The position numbers and the translations under genes were made by a program. DNA of 64,000 nt from Fidelibacterota bacterium. GTDB lineage: Bacteria > Fidelibacterota > Marinisomatia > Marinisomatales > Marinisomataceae. This document shows positions 1 through 9,943 of the stretch, piece by piece; positions within the stretch are counted from its first letter, which is position 1, and each line of letters opens with the position of its first letter. Below the pieces are notes generated by a model that saw only the letters and a program-made list of their open reading frames with translations, had not been told where the DNA came from and made no database searches. The DNA is taken from assembly GCA_028140795.1 (NCBI GenBank), contig JAOIOW010000002.1:5988-69987 (forward strand), in the 5' to 3' direction.

Positions 1-268
1 CATCAACTTCTATTTTTTTTAATGAATTTTTTAAAGAAATAACCGCACCTCTTATTCCATTATCGCTTACAAGGACATTTGAACCTGAACCAAGAATTGT
101 TAGTTGGATTTTATTTTCATTAATGATTTCAATTACCTTAATTAAATCCTGCTTACTTTTAGGAAAAATCATCAAATCTGCTGGACCACCTATTCCATAC
201 GTAGTATGTTTTTTAAGAGATTCGTTCATTAAACATAATGAAGCTGTCTTATTATTAATTTCGTTCAT
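1..268 (-). CDS. murB: UDP-N-acetylenolpyruvoylglucosamine reductase MurB, N-terminal part (gene runs off the left edge)
   Basis: Not in the ORF track. My translation of the minus strand from the ATG at 268-266 gives MNEINNKTASLCLMNESLKKHTTYGIGGPADLMIFPKSKQDLIKVIEIINENKIQLTILGSGSNVLVSDNGIRGAVISL. The pattern (HTTxxIGGPA ... LGxGSNxLVxD) matches the FAD-binding N-terminus of MurB. It lies 7 nt downstream of the murC stop. Confidence 0.8.
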   Translation of the reverse strand, partial: MNEINNKTASLCLMNESLKKHTTYGIGGPADLMIFPKSKQDLIKVIEIINENKIQLTILGSGSNVLVSDNGIRGAVISLKNSLKKIEVD

Positions 269-275
269 AACAGTT

Positions 276-1643
276 TCAATCATTGTAATGTTTTCCTAAT
301 TCTTCAGCATATCTCCAAATGTTTCCAGCTCCCATCGTTAAAAAAATATCTCCCTTAACTCCTCTAGACTTTACTTCCTCAACAATATCTTTTGAGGAAA
401 CATATGAAACATTTTTATGGTTTAATTTTAACATTTCATTAATTATTAAATCTGAAGTAGTAGAATTATCCTCTTTTTCTCTAGAGCCAAAAATCTCAGT
501 AATCATAACATTATCTGCTATCATTAAAGCTTTTGCAAAATCCTTATAAAATTCTTTTGTTCTTGAAAAAAGATGTGGCTGAAATATGACATTTAAATTT
601 TTATTCCAATTGCTCTTTACAGTTTCTATCACATTTTGAACTTCAACAGGATGATGTGCATAGTCATCAATAATCATTATATCTTTGTTTGCTTTTATAT
701 CAAACCTTCGCTTAACACCGCTGAAATTACTTAGTGCTTTACATGCGCTTTCTAAATCAATTCCCATTGTTTCACAAACTGAAAGTGCTGCAAGAGCATT
801 ATAGGTATTGTATTTACCTGGTACAGAAAGATTAACTGAAAATATTTGATCTTTAACTTTTACATCAAATGAAATAGTACCGTTTTCCTGATGCAAATTT
901 TCTGCCTTAATATCCACATTCTGACTTTCGATTCCATAAGTGATTATAGGTTTATCTATTTTTGATAATATTGATGCAACATTATTGGAATCTTTACATG
1001 CACAAACAGTACCGTAGAAAGGTACTGAATTTGCAAATTGAAGAAATGTATCTTTTAAATCATCAATATCATTGTAACATTCAATATGTTCAAAATCGAT
1101 ATTGTTGATAACCGCAATTGTTGGACTCAAATGTAGCAAGCTTTTATTATACTCATCAGCTTCAACAACAAATGTGTCACCTCCTCCTAAAACTGAATTT
1201 GATTCTAAAGACTTAACAACCCCGCCAACAATAATTGTTGGGTCTAAATTCATAGATTTTAAAATAGTACCAACCATTGATGTTGTAGTGGTTTTTCCAT
1301 GAGTTCCTGCAATAGCAACTGTAGAATTATTTAGCTTAGCTATTTCCGAAATCATTCTTGCTCTGGAATAAACTATTATATTTTTTGCTAATGCTTCTAT
1401 CAACTCAGCATTATCTTTTGGGATAGCATCAGAGTATATTACTAGCTCAGCATCAGAAATATTTTCTTTATTATGACCAATAGATACATTTATTCCCAAA
1501 TCAATTAGCCTCTGAACGTTTGGTGAGTCAGCAATATCAGAACCTGAAACCACAAATTCCTTATTTTTTAGCAGCTCTGCTATTCCACTCATTCCAATTC
1601 CACCTATTCCAATAAGATGTACTTTTTTGATACTATAAAGCAT
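276..1643 (-). CDS. murC: UDP-N-acetylmuramate--L-alanine ligase MurC
   Basis: The ORF runs 276..1700. Met20 (1643) gives MLYSIKKVHLIGIGGIGMSGIAELL, a typical MurC N-terminus. A GTHGKTTT P-loop is present. The first 19 codons lie inside murG and look non-native. Confidence 0.9.
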   Translation of the reverse strand: MLYSIKKVHLIGIGGIGMSGIAELLKNKEFVVSGSDIADSPNVQRLIDLGINVSIGHNKENISDAELVIYSDAIPKDNAELIEALAKNIIVYSRARMISEIAKLNNSTVAIAGTHGKTTTTSMVGTILKSMNLDPTIIVGGVVKSLESNSVLGGGDTFVVEADEYNKSLLHLSPTIAVINNIDFEHIECYNDIDDLKDTFLQFANSVPFYGTVCACKDSNNVASILSKIDKPIITYGIESQNVDIKAENLHQENGTISFDVKVKDQIFSVNLSVPGKYNTYNALAALSVCETMGIDLESACKALSNFSGVKRRFDIKANKDIMIIDDYAHHPVEVQNVIETVKSNWNKNLNVIFQPHLFSRTKEFYKDFAKALMIADNVMITEIFGSREKEDNSTTSDLIINEMLKLNHKNVSYVSSKDIVEEVKSRGVKGDIFLTMGAGNIWRYAEELGKHYND

Positions 1644-2715
1644 ATTTCTTTTCCAAAATAAAGTTAGAAATAATTGACAAAGTGTCTGGAACATTAACAT
1701 TTTTAAAATTGCTTTTCATTGAACCTAAAATTCTATCATCTTGAGATAAATTTCTTAAAGTTGATACAAAAGTCTCATCATTGAAATCATCTTCTTTAAT
1801 TAATTTTGAACAAAAATTATCTTGAAGAAATTTTGCATTAAAATGCTGATGATTTTCTGAAGAAAATTTGAATGGAACTAATATTGAAGGCTTTTCAAAT
1901 TTTATTAATTCAGCAATGGTCATTGCACCAGATCTAGATAGTACCAAGTCAACATTTTGATACAAAGAGGACATTTCATTACAGTAATCATAGATGATTA
2001 TATTTTTTCTACTTAAATGTTTTAGAGACTCATAATTATTTTTGCCAACTATCCATACAACGTTAATGAAATCTAATTTATCACTCTCCAAAGCTATCTT
2101 AATTTTTTTGTTCAAAAATTGAGATCCTTGACTTCCGCCAAAAACCAATAAAGTCCTTAAATCATTATTCATATTTATATTTATGCTTTTACTTTTATTT
2201 AATAGAACTGGATTCCCTGAAAAAATAGCATTTGTTTTTTTTAGATATTTTTCAGCATTTTTGAATCCTAAGAAAACTGCTTTTGCATTTTTACTAAAAA
2301 ATTTTGTCACAACTCCTGGATAGGAATTTTGTTCATGTAACACGTAAGGAATTTTAAGCATTCTTGCCACTTGCAAAGGCAGAAAGGATGAATATCCTCC
2401 AGTGGAAATAACCAAATTAGGTTTTTGTTGTATGAAAAAGATTAATACACTAAAAAATCCAACGAGAATGTTTATTCCAACTATAATATTTTGAAATAAT
2501 GATTTAATGGAAAATTTTCTATTTAAACCAGAAATACTAATAAGCTTAAAAGCAATACTTTCCCTATGAATCTTTGAGCTTTCAATGCCCTTTTTTGCTC
2601 CAATAAAAGAAAAACGAAAATCTGACTTTGAATGAAGATCTTGTTTAATAGCCATTAATGGATAATAATGCCCTCCTGTTCCTCCTCCACATAATAGAAT
2701 ATTCGTTTTAGGCAT
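1633..2715 (-). CDS. murG: UDP-N-acetylglucosamine--N-acetylmuramyl-(pentapeptide) pyrophosphoryl-undecaprenol GlcNAc transferase MurG
   Basis: 360 aa with an N-terminal LLCGGGTGGHYYPLMAI G-loop. Sits between ftsW and murC. Confidence 0.9.
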   Translation of the reverse strand: MPKTNILLCGGGTGGHYYPLMAIKQDLHSKSDFRFSFIGAKKGIESSKIHRESIAFKLISISGLNRKFSIKSLFQNIIVGINILVGFFSVLIFFIQQKPNLVISTGGYSSFLPLQVARMLKIPYVLHEQNSYPGVVTKFFSKNAKAVFLGFKNAEKYLKKTNAIFSGNPVLLNKSKSININMNNDLRTLLVFGGSQGSQFLNKKIKIALESDKLDFINVVWIVGKNNYESLKHLSRKNIIIYDYCNEMSSLYQNVDLVLSRSGAMTIAELIKFEKPSILVPFKFSSENHQHFNAKFLQDNFCSKLIKEDDFNDETFVSTLRNLSQDDRILGSMKSNFKNVNVPDTLSIISNFILEKKYAL

Positions 2716-3844
2716 TAACTCTTAATCTCCATCTTTTAACATTAAGCTTTCTTTGTGCTTTACTGATATTTAGCAATATAGCAATCATCATTAAATTGAT
2801 GATTAATGAAGATCCTCCGTAACTAATAAATGGTAAAGGAACTCCTGTAACTGGAATAACTCCTATCACAACGCCAATATTTATAAAAGCATAAATCGTA
2901 ATACTCAAACCAAAACCAATGGACAACATTATTCCAAAAATATCATTTGATTTTTTTGAGATTTGCACAGCTCTATAAAAAATAATGTAATAAACTAACA
3001 TTAAAATACTACCTGCAATAAAACCTAATTCTTCACCAATAATAGCAAAAATAAAATCTGTATGAGTTTCAGGTAAGTAAGAATATTTTTGAATGCTTTC
3101 TCCAATACCCATTCCTGACAATCCACCCTGCTTAAGGCCAATCAAAGCCTGATTTGATTGATATCCAATCGAAGCTGATGAACCTGAAGAATCTATGAAA
3201 GATAAAATTCTACCTAATGCATAGTTTTTCTCATTTAAAATGAAAATTCCAATAGCACCTATAGAAAAAACTCCTATTGTTGCCAATTGAATAAAAGATG
3301 CTCCACCAACAAATAACATCGCAAAAGCAATAATTAATAAAATTAAAGTTGTAGAATTATCTGGTTGAATAATAATCATTAAAGCCACTGGTATTATTGC
3401 TAACATAGGATAAAAAATACCTTTAACAAATTGCTTCATTTGTTTATGGTTATTATCAATATAACTGGCTAAAAAAAGTATCATAGAAAATCTTGCTACA
3501 TCAGATGTTTGAAAAGAAATAGGACCAATTGATAGCCATCTACAAGAATCCCCTGAACAGCCTTGAAACTGTGTATATACAAGTAAAAGAAATGAAGAAA
3601 ATAATAAATAAGGAGATAAAAACTGTAATTTTCTATAATTAATCTTAGTTAATAAAACGAAGATGAAAAAGGCTGGAATAAGTTTAATCATCTGACTAAC
3701 TAAAAAGTATGTTCTCGAATCTCCTCCAGTAATTTCTAATGACTTAACCCAGCTTGCACTAAAAAGCATAAATAACCCAAAAGATATCAATGCAATCACT
3801 GCTATGAATAATACTCTGTCTTGACCTTGCTCTTTAATATTCAT
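2708..3844 (-). CDS. ftsW: SEDS-family peptidoglycan glycosyltransferase FtsW
   Basis: 378 aa polytopic membrane protein with a C-terminal GVPLPFISYGGSS motif. ATGA overlap with murD upstream and an 8-nt overlap with murG. Confidence 0.85.
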   Translation of the reverse strand: MNIKEQGQDRVLFIAVIALISFGLFMLFSASWVKSLEITGGDSRTYFLVSQMIKLIPAFFIFVLLTKINYRKLQFLSPYLLFSSFLLLVYTQFQGCSGDSCRWLSIGPISFQTSDVARFSMILFLASYIDNNHKQMKQFVKGIFYPMLAIIPVALMIIIQPDNSTTLILLIIAFAMLFVGGASFIQLATIGVFSIGAIGIFILNEKNYALGRILSFIDSSGSSASIGYQSNQALIGLKQGGLSGMGIGESIQKYSYLPETHTDFIFAIIGEELGFIAGSILMLVYYIIFYRAVQISKKSNDIFGIMLSIGFGLSITIYAFINIGVVIGVIPVTGVPLPFISYGGSSLIINLMMIAILLNISKAQRKLNVKRWRLRVNA

Positions 3845-5175
3845 GCATAAAACCTTTCTACAATATTTTTAAACTTTTTACCTCTTTCTTTATAATTATC
3901 AAATTGATCAAAGCTTGCACAAGCTGGCGAGAGCAATACTACACTATTTTCTACAGCACTTTCTATTGCAACCTGAACTGCATCTTCAAATTTTTCGATT
4001 CTTTCAAGACTGATATCCTTTGGAAGAGAATTATAAATTTTATGTGAAGCTTCACCATAAACTACAATTTTTAAAATACTTTTTTTAAATAATGATATAT
4101 CGCTAAAGTCATCTTCTTTTGGAATACCCCCTAGTATTAAGATTACTTTCCTTGAAATAGATTCAAGTGCTTTTTTTGCTGAATCAATATTTGTTGATTT
4201 TGAATCATTAATAAAATCAATTCCATTATATGAAATAAAGTGTTCAAATCTATGTTCCAGTCCTTCAAATTCCCTTACTGCCCTACAAATATTCTTTTGA
4301 TCAATTCCAACTTTTCTTGCTATTTCGGCAGCAATAATAATATTAGATACATTATGAATACCCTTTAATAAAATATCTTCTAAATCAATTGATATACTGT
4401 TTCCATTTGAAAGAATTTTATTTGTATCATAGTAATAATATCCTTTTTCTTCACGGATAGAGAATGGAATTATATTTTTATCATTACTTTTAATTCTTTC
4501 ATTTAAAAAATTATCGTCATAATTAAATAAACAATATTTTGCATTTTCAAAAATCTTTATCTTGGTTTCAAAATAATCTTCAAAAGAATCATATCTGTCC
4601 ATATGATCAAACGATATATTTAAAATGACTGAAATTTCTTTTTTAAGTTTTGAGCAATGTTCCAGTTGAAAACTGGATAATTCTAAAATACAATAATCAA
4701 TATCATTTTGATCGTACAATTTGTTCTCAAGAACAATTTTTGAGAATGGAATACCAATATTTCCAGACTTTAGTACGTTCATTTCTTTACTAAGTATTTC
4801 TGTTAAAAGAGAAACTGTAGTTGTTTTACCGTTTGTACCAGTAATACAAATATTTTTTGTTTTAGAATGGTTTCCGGCAAATTCTATCTCACTAATAACC
4901 GGAATTTTTTCAGAATTAATTTTATTCATTATTTCTGAATCATTAGGAATACCAGGTGATTTAATTATTAAATCAGCTTCCAAAATTTGATCAGAATGAA
5001 TGCCAATCTCAACATCAATACCTAACATTTTTAAATCATCAACAAACATTTCATTAACGTTTGTATTTGAATCCGATACAAAAACATTATTTTTCAAACT
5101 TTTAGCTAATTTAGCAGACCAATATCCACTTTTACCTAATCCTAAAATTCCTATATTTTTTCCCTGAAACTTCAT
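3841..5175 (-). CDS. murD: UDP-N-acetylmuramoylalanine--D-glutamate ligase MurD
   Basis: 444 aa with an N-terminal GILGLGKSG Rossmann motif, an ITGTNGKTTT P-loop, and HRFE...FINDSKSTN typical of MurD. Confidence 0.9.
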   Translation of the reverse strand: MKFQGKNIGILGLGKSGYWSAKLAKSLKNNVFVSDSNTNVNEMFVDDLKMLGIDVEIGIHSDQILEADLIIKSPGIPNDSEIMNKINSEKIPVISEIEFAGNHSKTKNICITGTNGKTTTVSLLTEILSKEMNVLKSGNIGIPFSKIVLENKLYDQNDIDYCILELSSFQLEHCSKLKKEISVILNISFDHMDRYDSFEDYFETKIKIFENAKYCLFNYDDNFLNERIKSNDKNIIPFSIREEKGYYYYDTNKILSNGNSISIDLEDILLKGIHNVSNIIIAAEIARKVGIDQKNICRAVREFEGLEHRFEHFISYNGIDFINDSKSTNIDSAKKALESISRKVILILGGIPKEDDFSDISLFKKSILKIVVYGEASHKIYNSLPKDISLERIEKFEDAVQVAIESAVENSVVLLSPACASFDQFDNYKERGKKFKNIVERFYA

Positions 5176-6362
5176 CGATTTTGTTTTCTTATATAAGCTG
5201 GAACATCTAGATCAGCACTTTGATCAAAATCATCAAAGACCAAAGTTGGGCCATCATTTTCATCATCAAGATTTTCATCATTTAATGAGTTTTCATTTTT
5301 TTGATTATATAATGTTGTATTAGACGTTTCCATTAAGTCGTTAGTATTTTTGTGAAATTCATTTTTTTGAATTTCTTTTTTATATTCAATATCTTCAATT
5401 GGTGTTCTATTAAATCCTGTTGCAATCACAGTCACTTTTAATTCATCGTCCATATTTTCATCAACTACGCATCCGAAAATTAAATGTACTTCTTGACCTG
5501 CTTCTTCGTAAATAAGCTTTGTTGCTGCATCAACTTCACGCATGGTCATTTTTTTATTTCCAGTAACATTTACCAGGGCTGCTTTTGCTCCCTTAATTGA
5601 CTGATTATCTAAAAGCGGGCTACAAATTGCCTGTTGAGCAGCTAATACAGCCCTTTCTTCACCTCTTGCAGTTCCAGTTCCCATTACAGCATCTCCCATT
5701 CCACTCATAACGGTTTCCACATCAGCAAAATCAATATTAACATTTCCTTGCTTGTTAATGAGGTCTGAAATACTTTGCGCAGCTTGTAAAAGCACTGAAT
5801 CTGATTCTGCAAATCCCTCTTCTAAGGTAGTATTATAATCAATCACGGAAAGTAGTTTTTCATTTGGTATTACAATCAATGTATCACAAAAGTTCCTCAT
5901 TGTTGAAATTCCTTTCATAGCAGCTGACATTTTTTTTGGACCTTCAAAATTAAACGGTAGAGTAACGATACATACTGTCAATATACCAAGTTCTTTACAA
6001 ATTTTTGCTACGACTGGAGCTGCTCCAGTTCCTGTTCCACCACCCATTCCTGCAGTAACAAAAACAAGGTCTGATCCAGCAACAATTGATGAAACAGCCT
6101 CCTTATCATGCATTATTGCTTTCCTTCCAATTTCAGGCTTTGCTCCAGCACCCAATCCTTTTGTTAAATCTTTTCCAATTTGAATTTTAGTTTCAGCAGG
6201 GTTGCTATCTAAATCTTGTGCATCTGTATTGATTGCAATAAACTCAACACCTTCCATACCAGATGTAATCATTCTATTTATTGCATTACCTCCTGCTCCA
6301 CCAACTCCTAGGACCTTAATCCTAGCTTTTTGCGTTGAAAATTCATCAAATTCAAATAACAT
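5172..6362 (-). CDS. ftsZ: Cell division GTPase FtsZ
   Basis: Contains GVGGAGGNAINRM, the tubulin signature GMGGGTGTGAAPV, an acidic N/D/E-rich linker and the C-terminal peptide DLDVPAYIRKQ. GGAGAT Shine-Dalgarno sequence about 6 nt upstream of the ATG. Confidence 0.95.
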   Translation of the reverse strand: MLFEFDEFSTQKARIKVLGVGGAGGNAINRMITSGMEGVEFIAINTDAQDLDSNPAETKIQIGKDLTKGLGAGAKPEIGRKAIMHDKEAVSSIVAGSDLVFVTAGMGGGTGTGAAPVVAKICKELGILTVCIVTLPFNFEGPKKMSAAMKGISTMRNFCDTLIVIPNEKLLSVIDYNTTLEEGFAESDSVLLQAAQSISDLINKQGNVNIDFADVETVMSGMGDAVMGTGTARGEERAVLAAQQAICSPLLDNQSIKGAKAALVNVTGNKKMTMREVDAATKLIYEEAGQEVHLIFGCVVDENMDDELKVTVIATGFNRTPIEDIEYKKEIQKNEFHKNTNDLMETSNTTLYNQKNENSLNDENLDDENDGPTLVFDDFDQSADLDVPAYIRKQNR

Positions 6363-6372
6363 AATTATCTCC

Positions 6373-8289
6373 TTATTCTTTTAACTCTGCTTTTAATATA
6401 CAGATTGATTTTTTTTCTATTTTTGTGCCAGCCTCTATACTTTGGCTAACAATTAATCCTCTTCCACTAATTTGGGGTTTAATTCCAGCTCTTTTTAATT
6501 CTGAAAATGCATCACGAACTGTTTTGCCAATTAAGTTTGGCATTTCTACATATTCAATTTTTCTTTCAAGGTTTTTTTGAATTAAGATTGGTTCATTTTT
6601 AAGTTTTTCTTTTTTAGACCTTGAAACTGTGATTGATTTATCAATATTTATTACTCTATCCATCACAGATTTAAATACTGGAGCTGAGGACATAGAGCCC
6701 CAGTGTAAATTTCTGGAGGCATCAGGGCTATCAAGAATTATTAAACACAATAATTGAGGATTTTCTGCAGGAAAAAAACCCACAAAACTTGATATAAATT
6801 CTTTTTCTGAATATTGTCCATCTATTAATTTTTTAGATGTACCAGTTTTCCCAGCAACATTCCAACCAGCTACATTAGCAAGCTTTCCACTTCCATTTTC
6901 AACAGTATGAGATAACATTAAACTTAATTTTTCAGCATTTGATTGTGATAGAACTCTTTTTTTTGTATTTCTTTGATTCTTAATAATAGTATCATCGTGT
7001 TTCTCAATTTTTTCTACTACATAAGGTTTTAACATAAATCCACCATTCGCAATTGCTGCATATGACATAGCAATTTGTAATGGAGTTGCTGAAACCTCAT
7101 ACCCAATAGGTATACTGTGCATTGAGGATAGACTCCATTTTGAAGTCTCTCTAAAAATTCCAGCAGGTTCTGTTGAAGAATCAAAACCAGTTTTTGCTCC
7201 AAATCCAAACTCTCTTGCCTGATCATAAATGCTTTTCTTTCCTAACTGTTCTGCAATTTTGATGGTTCCTATGTTGCTTGAAAATGCTAGTATCTCCTTA
7301 ACATTCAATACAGAATGAGGCTCAGAATCTTCAATCATTTTTATATTATGAAAATTATAAGGACCTTCAACATTATACTCATCATCCAAATCTATATTAT
7401 TCTCTAAAGCTGCAGCCATTGTTACAATTTTAAATGTAGAACCAGGCTCAATTAAATCAGTAACAATCTTATTTTTTTGTAATTCAATATCAAAATCATT
7501 TGGAGAGTTTGGGTTATAATCTGGTAGATTTACCATTGACAATATAGCACCTGTTTGAGGATTTAAAATTAATCCCATTGATGCTTTAGCACCTACTTTT
7601 TCCATTTGAAGAATTAATTCATCTCTTAAAATTGCCTGATACTCTTTATTAATTGTTAAAACTATGTCAGCACCATTTTTAGCTTCTTCAGTTGGCAAGG
7701 TTGGATCTGAAATTCTGTCTCCTAAACCGTTGCGCTTTGACAACTTAGATCCGCTTACTGGCTCTAGAAATTTATTATACTTTGCTTCTAAACCCGAAAT
7801 TCCTTTATCATCAATATTTGTAAAACCAACTATTTGAGATACTAAATTGTCTTCAGGGTAATATCTTTTAAAACTTTTTTTAATTATTAATGCATTTGGG
7901 TATTTCTTTTGAAGCTCTTGACAATTTTTATTTGTTTTCTTTTCAAGCTCAACATAATCCCGCCCGCTATTTATTTTCGTAATATAAACTTTACTATCAG
8001 TTCCAGTACAAGATGATAATTCGTCAATTAGATTTTTCGTATTTGAAATCTTTTTAGTATGGACACCTATTCTATAAAAAGTCAAATTTTGTGTAAGGTT
8101 TTTACCATTAATGTCGTAAAAATTTCCTCTAAATCCATTGATAGATTCAACCTTAATTCCTTGTGGGCTATTAAGTCTATTAATGACCTGAATATTGAAA
8201 AGTCTTACACCAAAACCAATCCAAATAAGCATTATTGCTATATGAACAAATATTATTCTATTTTTAAATTTGATATAGTTTTTAGTCAT
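6373..8289 (-). CDS. ftsI: Class B penicillin-binding protein FtsI (PBP3-type transpeptidase) with a C-terminal PASTA-like domain
   Basis: 638 aa with an N-terminal TM helix and the transpeptidase motifs STFK (EPGSTFKIV), SSN and KTGTS. The last ~58 aa, VEMPNLIGKTVRDAFSELKRAGIKPQISGRGLIVSQSIEAGTKIEK, look like a PASTA domain. Confidence 0.9.
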   Translation of the reverse strand: MTKNYIKFKNRIIFVHIAIMLIWIGFGVRLFNIQVINRLNSPQGIKVESINGFRGNFYDINGKNLTQNLTFYRIGVHTKKISNTKNLIDELSSCTGTDSKVYITKINSGRDYVELEKKTNKNCQELQKKYPNALIIKKSFKRYYPEDNLVSQIVGFTNIDDKGISGLEAKYNKFLEPVSGSKLSKRNGLGDRISDPTLPTEEAKNGADIVLTINKEYQAILRDELILQMEKVGAKASMGLILNPQTGAILSMVNLPDYNPNSPNDFDIELQKNKIVTDLIEPGSTFKIVTMAAALENNIDLDDEYNVEGPYNFHNIKMIEDSEPHSVLNVKEILAFSSNIGTIKIAEQLGKKSIYDQAREFGFGAKTGFDSSTEPAGIFRETSKWSLSSMHSIPIGYEVSATPLQIAMSYAAIANGGFMLKPYVVEKIEKHDDTIIKNQRNTKKRVLSQSNAEKLSLMLSHTVENGSGKLANVAGWNVAGKTGTSKKLIDGQYSEKEFISSFVGFFPAENPQLLCLIILDSPDASRNLHWGSMSSAPVFKSVMDRVINIDKSITVSRSKKEKLKNEPILIQKNLERKIEYVEMPNLIGKTVRDAFSELKRAGIKPQISGRGLIVSQSIEAGTKIEKKSICILKAELKE

Positions 8290-8587
8290 TAATTTTTATG
8301 GTAATTGTTTCTGGATTACTTGAAACTAATCCAATTTCTTTTGCTCTTTTTGAAATAATATCTGCTCTCTTCATTCTTTCAATAGAATTTCTTTTGATTG
8401 TTAAATCCTCATTTAGCTTAACCAATGTTTTTTTATTGAAATCGATGCTTGCTTGAGTTTTATCTAACTCTATAAATGCTGCTAAATAAACAGTAATTGT
8501 TAGAACAAGAATAACAAACATAAATACCCATTTTAAGTTTTCTCTTTTTTGCTTTTCAGCTTTACTTAATCTTTTTTTCTTAGCCAA
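8282..8587 (-). CDS. ftsL: Cell division protein FtsL-like
   Basis: 101 aa with a basic N-terminus, one TM helix (WVFMFVILVLTITVYLAAFI) and a coiled-coil tail. Occupies the canonical slot between rsmH and ftsI, with an 8-nt overlap on each side. Confidence 0.7.
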   Translation of the reverse strand: MAKKKRLSKAEKQKRENLKWVFMFVILVLTITVYLAAFIELDKTQASIDFNKKTLVKLNEDLTIKRNSIERMKRADIISKRAKEIGLVSSNPETITIKIND

Positions 8588-9470
8588 TTTTTTCTCCCAC
8601 TCTCATTTTTGCACTTCGCGATCTTTTATTAATGCTTACCTCTTCTTTTGAAGGAACAAGAGGTTTTTTATAAATTAATTCTATCTCTTTCTTATGCTTC
8701 AACTCTTTAAGTTTATGTTTTACAATTCTATCTTCAACTGAGTGATAGCTAATAATTACTATTCTACCTCCAGGGTTTAGCAGATTTATAAAATCATCTA
8801 AAAATCTACTTAGATGATCTAATTCATTATTAGCAGCTATTCTTAAAGCTTGAAATATTCTTGAATATGTTTTAAGCCGGTATTTATAAGGTGTAACTTT
8901 ATCAACAATAGATGTAATTGACATTACGCTAATTTCACCTTTTAAATCTTTGATTTTTTTTGCAATTTTATAAGCATGTCTCTCTTCACCATATTCTTTA
9001 AAAATTCTAGTTAGTTCTTCCAGCTCATTTCTTTGAATAATATCTTCTGCAGTATTATCAGCAGAGTTTTTATCAAATCGCATATCTAATGAAGATTCAT
9101 ATTTATGTGAAAATCCCCTCATATTATCTTCCAATTGGTATGAAGAAAGTCCTAAATCTAGAAGAATACCATCAACAGCTTGGATATTTAGTTCTTCTAG
9201 TATGATATTTAAGTTTTGATAACTATCATTGAAAAGCTTGAAATTATTGTTTGAAGATAACCTTTTCTTGGAAAGAGAAATTGAATCTTTATCTCTATCA
9301 ATACCAATAAGTAGACCTGAATCAATATGTTGAAGAATAATTTCAGAATGACCTCCAAGCCCAAGTGTACCATCAACATAAATACCATTTTTTTTGATTT
9401 TTAAGTTTTCTAATGACTCCATCAACATCACAGGAATGTGTCTGTTTTGAGTTGATGAAGTAGGAAACAT
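8580..9470 (-). CDS. rsmH: 16S rRNA (cytosine1402-N4)-methyltransferase RsmH (MraW)
   Basis: 296 aa with HIPVML and the SAM motif DGTLGLGGHS. Position after mraZ. Confidence 0.9.
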   Translation of the reverse strand: MFPTSSTQNRHIPVMLMESLENLKIKKNGIYVDGTLGLGGHSEIILQHIDSGLLIGIDRDKDSISLSKKRLSSNNNFKLFNDSYQNLNIILEELNIQAVDGILLDLGLSSYQLEDNMRGFSHKYESSLDMRFDKNSADNTAEDIIQRNELEELTRIFKEYGEERHAYKIAKKIKDLKGEISVMSITSIVDKVTPYKYRLKTYSRIFQALRIAANNELDHLSRFLDDFINLLNPGGRIVIISYHSVEDRIVKHKLKELKHKKEIELIYKKPLVPSKEEVSINKRSRSAKMRVGEKIG

Positions 9471-9928
9471 CAGATATTTACTCTTTCTGAAAGTTCTTCG
9501 TATGACTGGTCATCAATCTCATCAGATTGATCTATTTTTCGAAGTAAATTTGGATTCCAAATTTCAATTTTATTTAATACGCCAATTATTGTAACATCTT
9601 TTTTGATTGCAGAATAATCAATTAAACTTTGAGGCAAAACAAATCTACCTTGTGAGTCAAACTTTAAGATATTGGCATGTCTAAGATGATTTCTTAAAAA
9701 AATTCGGTTTGTTTTTGATAAAGAAGAAAGTTGCTTTAATTCATTTTGAATAAAATTCCATTCATTAATAGGATAAATCCATGCGCATTGGTCGATACCT
9801 CTTGTAACAACAAATGTCTTCTTATCCTTGGTTAAAAACTGCTTTCTCAATGGAGCAGGGATATTGATTCTATTTTTAGAATCAATAGAAAACGTAAACT
9901 GTCCTGTAAATGTATATTGGCTACTCAT
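9470..9928 (-). CDS. mraZ: Transcriptional regulator MraZ
   Basis: 152 aa with two SpoVT/AbrB-like halves carrying the DxxxR motifs (DSKNRINIP and DSQGRFVLP). First gene of the dcw cluster. Confidence 0.9.
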   Translation of the reverse strand: MSSQYTFTGQFTFSIDSKNRINIPAPLRKQFLTKDKKTFVVTRGIDQCAWIYPINEWNFIQNELKQLSSLSKTNRIFLRNHLRHANILKFDSQGRFVLPQSLIDYSAIKKDVTIIGVLNKIEIWNPNLLRKIDQSDEIDDQSYEELSERVNI

Positions 9929-9943
9929 AATAAAATAAGGGAA

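Noticed and set aside
1644-1700. The 19-codon N-terminal extension of murC given in the ORF track (MLMFQTLCQLFLTLFWKRN).
   Set aside because: It lies wholly inside the murG 3' end and is hydrophobic and non-conserved-looking. Met20 yields the canonical MurC N-terminus. I made similar long-start trims for the GT2 gene (56473 to 56452, a TTG start), the small lipoprotein (59075 to 59036) and the ECF sigma (61766 to 61721).
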